Source: Amphiscolops sp. MND2022 (Eukaryota). From it: a stretch of 64,000 nucleotides of DNA. The stretch spans positions 27,094,001-27,158,000 of the forward strand of contig OZ076418.1 in assembly GCA_964187785.1 (NCBI GenBank). The letters run 5' to 3'. Below are positions 12,815 through 23,020 of this stretch, piece by piece. The notes beneath the pieces are model-generated. The model worked only from the letters and a program-made list of their open reading frames with translations, was not told the DNA's origin and did not search any database. Made by a program: the position numbers and the translations under genes. How positions within the stretch are numbered: position 1 is the first letter of the stretch; the number at the start of each line of letters is the position of its first letter.

Positions 12815-13368
12815 ACCGGAGCCAAATCTGCTAGTTTACAAGAAAAAAAGTGGATATTATCAAGGTTAGAAGATTCAAGAGTTTAAATGAACAAAGAACA
12901 GAATGAATTGGTCATAAAAATTGATAGGCATTAAACAAAGCCATCCGCAGTTGGCGGAATTTGATGAAAGTCCGTAAGCCGCCAAATTTCGGGACAGGAA
13001 AATCCTGTCTTTGAAACAGAAGAACCAGCTCGATCCATTGAGGAGAACCGTAGGCAAGCTGTCGTAAGGTGCCATCTGATAGGATCAGCGAAATGCCCAT
13101 CGTTTCATCAGTTTGAATGCGTATAATTGGGAAAGCCGTGCCATTGTGGTACACTCCCAATTGTAGTGAAAGGCAAAAGCCATGTTTTGTAACATTACGT
13201 GAAAAGATCGAGTGGAAAGTAGGTAAAATGATGTGCCGAAGCTTAGCTTAAATTCAAAAGTAAAGAATCGAAAGAAAGAGACAAACTAGACAAAACGCTG
13301 TACAAGAAGAACTCGTCGATGAATGATATTGACTATTTTGTTTTGTCGGTAAACAGGAGTTAAATGTC

Positions 13369-14755
13369 ATGACAAAGGAACTTGAGTCAAGTGTAACTAA
13401 CGCAACATGTGTTTGTTTTAAATCTCGAGAATGCAGCGAAAAGATTCATTATGAATATTTGCTAGATAGAATGGAACGTACATTATACAATGCGATCTCT
13501 GAAATGAAAAGAAACAACGAAGTGAACAAATTAGTCTGCCAAACAAAGGGGCAAAAGGATTTATGGGGGAAACGGCTCAAGCGGTTCACTCTCAACGAAA
13601 TGGGGGCTTTATGCTGGAACGGTCAAAGGGTGCCAACAGTCGAAGAGTTAACCACTATCTTATGGCCTTTTCATGAAACTGAGAAAAGGCACATACAAGA
13701 CGAAGAATCATTGCGAAAAGTATTATCCGACAAAGGGTACGTTTTGCCAACATTCATTGGAGGTCTCGAACGGGCTGTAAAAACGTAAGTAAACGGATTA
13801 GAGAAAACAAAATTAGAAAAGACAATAACGAAGTAACCATTTTCATAGATTCCTGCACGATTGTCCAGAATGCTTCTGGACGCGACAAGAAGGCTATCGT
13901 TGGCAGAGAGCAACAAGTGTGGCTCGAAGGGAGCGACAAAAGGCCTGTGAAAAATTAGGTCTAGTCTGGCAAAAACTGACGGACGAGCCAGAAAATGGAG
14001 CAGTAATTGGGCTAGGTGAGCCGCCGATGGCAACTTGTAAATCGATTCTTGCCCAAGGTGGTGGAAAATGTTGGGCGTCAAGTGTATATTACTTGCTGAC
14101 GGGGAAAAAAAGTGGTAAGTGTATGATGGAAAACCATCATGACGACTGCAACTGGAAACGGAAAGCAAGAGAGTGATGGTGTTTCAGATAAAAAAAAGGA
14201 CAGCGCTGCATTGAAGCGGATCCGGGATACAATCGGGAACCACATGAAAACCCCTGAACTTCAGAAGTCAAGTGTAGAATGCCTGGAGTACGCTCCAAAT
14301 GAATTCGAACTCGATGCCGTGCTGCGGTCAAATGCCGACATCAGTGAGCCTTGGGTAAGACCAAATTATTCAACGAAAAGTTTAAACAGGAATTTCAGAA
14401 AAATGCACAGCTTTCAGATGTTAGGCACGGCCCAGGTATTAGGCTGGGACATGCTAGTCTTCTGGAGATACGCAAAAAGAAAGGGATGGATTCGCTATCC
14501 TGCAAAAGCGAGGAGTCCAGCACCAAGGGCCGCCTTTCTCTTCCATGTCATTCACTCAGAGAGAGAAAGAAAATTTCATTGTGAACCACTAGTTGAGTGG
14601 CCAATAGAAAGGTTAGTAGGGACGTAAGTGATAAATATAATTTAAAAAACATCGAAAATGATTGAAAAAGTATTTACAGCAACGACGTAACCTTTGATGG
14701 GAGTGGGGAGGCCGAAAAGTCGCCCTCTAAAAAGGCCCGAAAATACTGGGAGTAA
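13369..14755 (+). CDS. Four-exon antisense gene: integrase-type HHCC zinc domain fused to OTU-like cysteine protease (397 aa); exons 13369-13784, 13849-14114, 14188-14623, 14680-14755
   Basis: Three GTAAGT...YAG introns (64, 73, 56 nt) whose removal gives one continuous 1194-nt ORF. Intron 1 removal completes H-x5-H...AVKTFLHDCPEC. OTU-like motifs: ILAQGGGKCWASSVYYLLTG...IRDTIGNHM, MLGTAQVLGWDMLVF...WIRYP, FHCEPLV. C-terminal basic KSPSKKARK. Confidence 0.8.
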
Positions 14756-15220
14756 TCATTTCATCAAATGATCTCATTTCAAAATTCATAAAGAAATGCC
14801 CAACTCAGGAAATCTAAATCTTTGTCGATTAAAGTGGTTTTAAGCGAGTATAAGGCAAGCTTACCGCTGGCGGGCGGTTGTGAAACAAGTTTTATAGTGT
14901 TTTTTTTCTAGAAAAAACGTCGAATTGTGGAAATTATTGTAGGGAGACATGGAATCTCGAAGTGCGCCGTACGACCAGAAAAATTTTTTTTTGATTTGCA
15001 ATGCGACCAATGGGTGTGCCAATCGAAAGAGCGAGGCAAAAAAGGGCGGGACGCCGAAAATCCAAGTCTGCTGCGAAAATTTAACACTGAAAAAACTTCG
15101 GTTGAAAAGGTCGATTTTCATGTTTGTTGCGTTTTTGGTAATACGTTTAACGGAAAGAAGAGTAAAGAGCGACGTCTCGTGACTAAGAAGCGATTGCATG
15201 ACCCCAAGAAAGAGCGATCA

Positions 15221-15660
15221 TTAACGTGGGGGCTGAATGATTGTAATAGTAACCGGCGACTGTGAAAAAATACGATATAAGATTGAGAAAACAGTTGGCC
15301 AATGTAATCGGTCAAGACCGCTTCCGAGTCGCGGGATGCTAAGTGCCCGAATGTTATGGCGCTCTAAATGCTGACGAAGGGCCATCAAGCTCAACTGAAG
15401 CGTTTCGTATGTAGGTTTATGATAAAATCGTTGTTTGGTCACTAAATTGTGGATATAACGTTGATTTTTTTTTGTCAAAATAAGAGACCAATGAGCCTGA
15501 AGGTAAACTGTTTTTTGCATTGAATCCGAACTGACGGAGCTCTGGATAGCGGTATGCGATTGCGGAAGCAAGGCCGCGTTTCATTTGAAAATCGGCTGAA
15601 ACACAGTGAGCTATAGACTCTGTAGAGTCTAGGATATTCGAAGAAGAAAAGCAAAAGTTT
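15221..15660 (-). CDS. TARG1/OARD1-like macrodomain at the Pol C-terminus
   Basis: ESIAHCVSADFQMKRGLA ... HNLVTKQRFYHKPTYETLQLSL ... LSIPRLGSGLDRLHWPTV closely parallels the TARG1 pattern LAHCISED.MGAGIA...LITK.....KPTY..L..SL...MPRIGCGLDRLQW. Confidence 0.88.
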
Positions 15661-18600
15661 GGATGATTGTCGGAAGAAATAGAATTTAAAACATTGGATG
15701 CGGACAGTCTTTTCTTCAAATTACGGAAATTGTAGCGTGCTTTTACTTCCGTTTGGTGCTGGAGATACGCCTGAGGAGATTGCGGTGTCAGCTGGTGCGT
15801 TGGAGATTGTTGTACCCGTGGGCTTTGACTAGAATGAGGCCGAGTGCGTTGACAAGATTCAAGTAAGATCGTGCGCTTATCTGCTTTTGGTAAGCTTGTG
15901 CCTGGGACCTGAGTCAACTGTGTTCTATGTGGAGGTTGTCCGTAAGTTTTTGGTCCACGTCCAATAAAGACTGGTACTGTTTCACGATTCTCATCGAAAT
16001 TCAAAGTGCGATTAGTGCGAGATGAGGTAGTCGGAAGTTTCGGACGGACGGTACGTGATGCTTGCTCGGCCGGGGTGGGTGTAAATGCACCTGCGTGGCG
16101 TGCCTGGTCATCATCTGAAGTCGCTGGTGGAGAGGACGGAGAATCTGTGGATTCATCGTCAAGATATGGCACAAGCGCTGGTTGTTGTTCTTCGTCATGG
16201 GCTGGCAGTGCGGGAATTGCTGGAGCTGCTGCTGCAGCTGGTAGGGGTGGAACTGCTGGCCCTGGAGCTGGTCCCATCGGGATAACAGCTGGTGCAATAG
16301 GAAAACTAAGCGAAACCGTAACCGGTGGAGGCTTTTCTTCGTTGTGAGCGACACTAGTTTCCTCTGAGGGAGGTAATAGAAGAGTTGGAATGCTTTCATC
16401 GAAAATAGCTGGTTCTCCACGGAATCGCCCGAGCATAGGGTCGCGTTGAAATTTATCCGGGTCAATTTGCGGTAACTCGTCAACTTGATATTGCGGTACA
16501 ACCGGTCGGAGACGAATGCGATGTACGCATTGAGTGTAGTTTGTACCTACCTTGCGAATTATGTAATTTGAATTTGTTAAAACTTGCTCGACGCGATACA
16601 ATGGTAGCCAGATAGGAAGGAACTTACTGGAAAAATCAGACTGCGTCATTAGTTTTGGATTCAAAAGAAGACAAAACGAGATATGTTTTAGAGGTTGCGC
16701 TTCAGCTTTGTAATCATAATATGCGCGGTATCTATTATACATTTCAGTCAATTTACTTTTCGATTCGGAAAATTTTTGTAGCATGGCATCCTGCAATGCA
16801 AGCACATATTCCGTAGTCGGTTGCGCACGTTCAAGCGAAGTGTTATTAAACCTGAGATCCAATGGTTTCAAAGGTTCACGACCGTGGAACAATGCGGTCG
16901 GGCATGTCCCTATTGCAAAATGATAAGAAGTATTATGAATAAATGCAGCAAGTTGCACGTATTTGTACCAGTCATTCCACTGCTCTGTGGTGTTCAACTT
17001 CAGAATTCGTTTGAGGGCGCTATGCGAGCGCTCCACACTACCTACCGTTTGAGGGTGTTTTAGACTGGCATGTTCCAATTTTATTTCCAAAAGTTTAGTC
17101 AATTCGTGCATCAATTCACTCACAAAAGTAGTACCCAAGTCGGATAAAATCGTTTTTGGAAGATAACTATGACGGAAAAATATCGACGCAAGTTCTCGTG
17201 CAACAGTTTCGGATCTCCCATTAGGAAGTGGGACTGCAAAAAGATATTTTGTAAAAACATCAATACCCGTAAGAACATAACGGTAGAGCGGAGACTGTAA
17301 CCGACCGACAAGGTCAATTTGTAACATTTCGACCGGGTAAGATTTCAACGAGGAGACCGGTTGCAACGAAGTTTTCAGATTTTTGCTTGGTACACGTTTC
17401 AGTTGCAAGCATTGTAGACAGTTTTGGATAGTTGACGTTAAGTATTCTGTAAAATTCGGAAAATAAAAGCGTTTTCTAAATTCTTCAACCGTCTTTTGAT
17501 TCCCATATGGCCTGCTGTCGGCGAGTTATGCAAGCGGTAAATTACTTCGCGCCAAAGGGATTTCGGAACGCAGTACTGTTTGTGTTGAACCTTTCCTTGG
17601 TCGTCATAAAAAAGTCGGTAGAGGACATTTTCGTCGATTATGAGACGTGGAAATTGTTTCCGATACTTTGGTAAAGCGATCGGTAAATTTGGCGACATGT
17701 CCGGTGAACCTCGGTCTTTCCATTGCATTACCTCACGAATGGTCTGGTCTTGATTTTGTACTAGAGCGAGGTCTATTGGCTCTGACCGGTTGGGCAAATC
17801 ATCAAGAATGTCGCTGAATTCTTCTGACGAGACTAAGTTTATTTGATTTATTTGACAGAAAGAGTAAAAGCCAGTGATGTCAAGAGACGGGGTAGTCTGC
17901 GCTTCGGTTGTTTTCTGTAAAAACTGTTCGTAGAGACCAAATTCTTTCAATTGTGAAATTAGGCGTTCGTCAGCCTGATCGTCAACAGATTCCGGAAAAG
18001 GTGATCTATCCAAAATATTTGATAAAGCGACATCAGGAGATTTCGCTTCGGTTGCTATTTCGATATCTTTAATAGGTATACGATCAGTTAATTTGAGAGA
18101 CAGGGTTAGAGTAGGGTCTGTTTGCATTCGTGATAAAAAATCTGCGGCCGAATTCGCTTTACCAGGAATATGAGCAAGGAGAATGTTGAAAGACAAAACT
18201 CTATCCAAACAGTTCCATAACGATGGATGAATACTTTTAGATTGGAAAAATTGCGTGAGACTACGGTTATCGGTTAAGACTAGCACAGGTTTAGTTGCGC
18301 CCCATATAAAATGTGCAAAATGATATAAGGCGAAATAGAGAGCAAGAAATCCTTTATAGTAAACCGAAAATTTCAATTGCGTGGGACCAAACAATCGAGA
18401 TCCAAAGGAGACCGGCGCGTATACTTTTTTCTCTTTTCCTTGTTGATCTAACAAGTAGTCCTCAATCATGAGGACAAAGCCTGTGCCATGGTAACTAGCT
18501 TCACAAAGGAGTACGTATTGGAGACCAGGTTTTGCCAATCGCAAAGTAGAGTTGGTAGCATTTCGTAAATCAGTTTTTAATACATCTAGTGCTTCGCTAT

Positions 18601-20728
18601 GTTCTTTCGTGGTTTTAAATTCTACATCTTTTCGCAAAAGTTTGTAAAATGGTAGCAATTTTTGACCCAAATTGGGCATAAATGAACGGAAAAATTGGAC
18701 AAATCCAATCAATCTCTTCACTTGTTTAACTGTTTCTGGCTTCCTGATTTTTTCAAGGAATTTGTTTATTTTGTCTGCTTCAGGTGAGATGCCTTTAGGA
18801 GTTATAGTGCTTCCCAAATAATCAATTTTGGTTGTCCCAAATTCGCAATTGTGAGCAGACAATTTTAATCCCGATGCTCGCAGGCAATCAAATATTTTCG
18901 TTAAAGCGGGAATCATTTCATCAAAGTTGTTTACTCCCCTGGCAATGTCGTCCATGAATTGAGTACAAACATTGGCAGCAAGACATTTATCTAGATAATG
19001 TTTGACGAACGAACTAAATCCAGTGACGGATTTGTTCAGGCCTTGGGCTAAACAATTATAGGCAAATGTACGTGAAGCGAAATTAAATGGCAGCAATTGT
19101 ACCGAAAGGTCATCCGCCATTTGAACGCAATGGTATGCTTGCGAACAATCAAGTTTACAAAATAGCTTCTTCCCCGCAAAATGGTTTGTCGCATCGGTCA
19201 TATTTGAAATCGGGAAATTGCTATTTAAGTAATCATGGCGTAGGAGGTGGTTGACTCTTCTGAGATCGATAAGTATGCGAAGCTTGCCAGATGGTTTGCG
19301 ATGTACAAATATCGGACTAGAATATTTGGAATGTGACAACGTAGTTATGATGTTAAAATATTGTAATAACGCCAATTCAACTAAGATTTCGTCACGCAAA
19401 TGAATCGGTGCTGGTGGACCTTGAACGTATACCGGAAGTTGATGAGCAGGCGTTAATTTGATCTTCAATTCTGTATTATACCCAACATCGAAGCGATGTT
19501 TTGCAAACACGTCATGATATTCAACAAGAAAGTCCTCCAATTTTGATTTTTCATCAGCGCTCAAAACACATGTATCCCACGTAAATTTTTGCAAAAATTC
19601 TCGTCTATCGTGTGAATTAGATTTTGGATTTATTTTTTCAAAACGTTGAAGTTGCAAAATTTGGTCGTAAATTTCGCGTTGCAACGGTGACAAATTTGAA
19701 AGATCTGTACATGTTTCGGGAGTCGGAAACCAAAGTTTTGAGTAATTTGGGGGCGGTCGACCATTGTCAGTGTCAATTTTTTGAAAGTGTATATCTTGAA
19801 TTAGCTGATTGAGTTCATTTTCAAAATCGTCAGGTTTTCTCATTTTTGCGAGTGCCAATAATTGTGGATCTATTTCAAGGAGATAATCAGCTTGTGACTC
19901 GCTCAAAATTTCGAAATGTGCAATTTGTTTTTTGCTATTTAGCGTAATCTGGGAATCGGACAAATTGATCGCTGATATGTATATTTTATTGTCATTATCC
20001 ATCTTGCTCAGAGACGAAGTTAATGCAATATTGGCTTTTTCCTCCAGATTCTTGTTTGGAATGACTAGTCCTGTGTAATTAGCGAACTGGTCAGTATATT
20101 CATCTAAATAGCATTCAAGGAGGACTTGTTGCTGCGGTCCAATATTGACTTTTTTGCCCAATAGGATAGGTATATTTTTCATTTTTTTCACAAATTGGCG
20201 TTTTTTTCCAGCGTCCGGTTTCATTTCATTGAGTTGAACCGTAAAGTCGGGCAGTTTCAGTAAATTGTTTTTGGGGTCTATCGTGATATTCTGTTTTTTA
20301 AAGAAAGAGTTTCCCAAAATTACACTATTCATTTTTGGTAGTACAAGGAAACTGTCTGTAAATGAATGAATTCCAATACAGAATGTGAGATTCACCTGAT
20401 TATCAACTAACACTCGTTGTCCTGAAGCCATACGGACAGACGTAAAGTTTGGAGTTTCATTTTTAATTAAGTCGGGATGACTCAAACGTAATTCGTTGTA
20501 TAAATTTTGAGGCATTACATTAGCGCAGGCGCCTGTATCAATGAGGGCTCTCCGGCGAATGTTCGGAGAAAATTTCAATTTAACGTAGGAAAGATTTTCA
20601 CCTTCAAGAGGCAAAACAGCGCATATATCTGGCTCTTTTAATTCTATGTTACATGTGTGTGGCTCATTAGACTGGTTTTCATGTAGAGAATTAGGCGGTG
20701 GAGTCTTGTGCTGCGTTTTTAGTTTTTT
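15221..20728 (-). CDS. pol: Pol polyprotein PR-RT-RNaseH-integrase-Pro-rich linker-macrodomain (~1835 aa; two compensating homopolymer frameshifts)
   Basis: PR ALIDTGA; RT YSSPIFVHRKPSGKLRILIDLRRVN, KLDCSQAY, QFMDD; RH LCEAS..TDNRSL..HIPGKANSAADFLSR; IN HNSPTAGH..CLQC, QIDLVG, SDLG, VERSH. Apparent frameshifts at 17494-17497 and 15465-15473. Confidence 0.95.
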
Positions 20729-21973
20729 GGATTTTGATTGAACGGCATTTGAGCTCCTCGTTGTGGCGGGTTACCTTGCGCAGTACAATCTTTTGCTAGA
20801 TGATTCGGATATCCGCAATTATAGCAAGTATGTGTTGATTGTTGTGTATAAGGCATGTAATGCGGGTCCGGAGTAAAACTTCAAATGTAGTTTGCGATGA
20901 ACCTTGATTGGAATTTCCTTGTTGAAAGTTTTCCTGATTATGATTTGACCATTGTTGCTGACTATTTTGATTCTGATTAAAATTTGAATTTTGGTAATTT
21001 TGATTTGACTGATTGTAATTTCTGCCGTAATTGTTCTGCCAAGGTCGTCCTCGACCTTGGTAACCTCGACCTCGGTTTCCACGGTTATTGCCGCGATACC
21101 GACCACGATAATTTCCTCGATTTCCGCGATAGCCTTTTGAGAGCCGCGTTGCGAATTGTTTTGGTTTTGCTGATTTTGTAACTGAGTGGTAAAATTCGTA
21201 GCTTGCTCTTCTAGTTTTTTGGACATTTCGTTCAGTCGATTGTCCATAGTTTCTTGACTATGGCTCAATTTTGTAAGAGCTGTAACTAAAGTATCAGATA
21301 CTGAAGGGCGCACTTCACTGAAGGCATCCATAACCGAATCTTCAACCTTACAAAGGTTATAGATCGAAAGTTGTTTCCGAGCGAATATACACAAATCTTC
21401 AACCGTTGTATTTTCCGGTTGTTCCAAAAGTTTCGTTCGAAGCCAGCCCGGCATATTTTTTATAAATTGACTCCGAATCTGAGTGGAGCGCGCTTGTTGC
21501 GCTGAATGAATTATTTCGGCTCTTCTGGCGGTTTCAGAATCAAATCGTGTTTGTTCGACTGCTGCGTCCGGCGCGGCACCGTCAATTGGTGCTACTGCGG
21601 GTGGATTTGGGTCGGGATAAGCTTTAAGTGCTTTCGTTTGTAACGTGACTAAAAAATTCTCTGGATTGTCTGTTTTGGGATCGAATTTTAAGTTTTCCAA
21701 TTTAAGAACATGCAATTCCTGAAGTCTTGGATTACAAAAGTGATCACGAAGAGCTGTCAAGGAGTGGTCTAAGTCCGCACGTGTTGCTACCGGTAGTGTT
21801 TGAAAATAGCGGAGCGCAGCGTCTCTAAGATGAAGTTGTAAAAAGTTGGCCTGTTGCGCCTGCGGTACCGCAGCTACTGCTAAGATACTTCGTAACAAAT
21901 GTTCAAATTCACGAAAGTTTTCCTTTTCTAAACCCGAGTACGGTGTTAGCGAGAGTTGAGGTAAAGCAGCCAT
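20719..21973 (-). CDS. gag: Gag (~418 aa after correcting two 1-nt frameshifts) with RG/NQ-rich region and CCHC zinc knuckle
   Basis: ATG 21973 MAALPQLSLTPYSG..; capsid-like region; RGYRGNRG repeats in the shifted frame; CYNCGYPNHLAKDC at ~20785-20826; stop at 20719-20721. Confidence 0.88.
20722..20728 (-). promoter_or_regulatory. -1 programmed ribosomal frameshift heptamer A AAA AAC (gag to pol)
   Basis: Gag ends CCA AAA AAC TAA; the -1 frame is open directly into the protease. Confidence 0.75.
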
Positions 21974-22662
21974 GATTTTAAAGTTAAGTGTAAAATAGAG
22001 AGTGACGAATAAACAAACTAAGATTGTAGTGAAGAAAAAATTAAAAATTTGTCGATTAAAGTTTGTAAAATGCAGTCGAACACTGATGTGTAGTTTGTAC
22101 TTCGAAAACTGAACAACGAATATGATACTTTCAAGTCGAAACAAGAAAGATTTGAGATCAAATTTATAGCGTTTTTGCAACAATTACAATTTGCAGTGAA
22201 AGGAGGAAATTTGCAAGTGGAAAAAAGTAAAAAGTTTGCAGAAATTCACAGTTGAGTTTCAAAAAGAGTAACAGCTGTGAGACACAGTTCAGTTGAAAAT
22301 GATAACATTTTAAGCACTCATGAAATTCGAAATCCACACTATATCACTTTAATGCTTCAGAATTGAATCAAACTCACCGACTGTATTCGTACTGGCACTT
22401 TGAAGTCTTCATGAAATTGAATACAGATATCGTAGCATCAAAGTTCGCCCAATTTGAGAAAGTCACCAAAAGTCATCGTTGATTGCTGTAGTTTCCAGTT
22501 TCTGCCGTGCCTTGTTTGTTTCAGTTATTACAGCCTCGTGGATCTGGTGCTGGTCGTGGATGATGTGACTGGAACACCGCGGGTGGTTGGTCGGGGGTCT
22601 CGTGTGAGCTTTTCAACACAAAAGGGAGAGTTCTTCTCTGTATTGCATAGTGAGGATTGTTT

Positions 22663-22676
22663 CGCTCCTGTCACCA
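22663..22676 (-). promoter_or_regulatory. Primer binding site, probably tRNA-Leu
   Basis: TGGTGACAGGAGCG immediately after the 5' LTR; resembles the Leu-type PBS TGGTGTCAGGAG. Confidence 0.75.
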
Positions 22677-22776
22677 ACTTATATCTCTACTTTTAAGATG
22701 AGTATTTATGGCTGGCGGCTGGATGCAGGAATGGAGAGCAGTCAAGTCTTCGGAACATGGATCACAATCCTCAGAT
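22677..22776 (-). repeat. 5' LTR
   Basis: Identical to 8769-8868; followed by the PBS. Confidence 0.92.
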
Positions 22777-23020
22777 GGCGACGTATAACCAGGTCGAAAA
22801 AGTTTGGTCGAAAAAACTGAGGTCGAAACTGGTCGAAAAATAATTGGGTCGAAATTGAATATGTAGCATTTTTTGATCGAACGATTAAGGTCGAACTGCT
22901 TTTCAAGATAGAATTTAGTCGAAAAAATTAACCAACAATCTTATTTAATCTAATTTCAGGTTTGGTTATGGGTGACCGCGGTCGTGAACACATCAAATGG
23001 CAGAGACTTTTAGTTTATAT

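Larger units (their letters stand above)
8769..22776 (-). mobile_element. Full-length env-bearing Ty3/Gypsy LTR retroelement (14,008 bp) with antisense accessory genes
   Basis: Identical 100-bp direct repeats at 8769-8868 and 22677-22776; PBS and PPT correctly placed for minus orientation; gag, pol (PR-RT-RH-IN-macro) and env in order. Confidence 0.95.

Noticed and set aside
12875-13250. Separate accessory gene between the membrane-protein and OTU genes
   Set aside because: Several splice-like signals but no consistent ORF could be assembled; may be leader exons of the OTU gene.
16001-16501. Overlapping ORFs 16001-16501 (-), 16006-16347 (+) and 16085-16285 (+)
   Set aside because: Shadow frames of the GC-rich Pro/Ala linker of Pol.
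21974-22183. 70-aa hydrophobic N-terminal extension of Gag in the ORF track
   Set aside because: Depends on a TTG start in T-rich leader; first ATG is at 21973.
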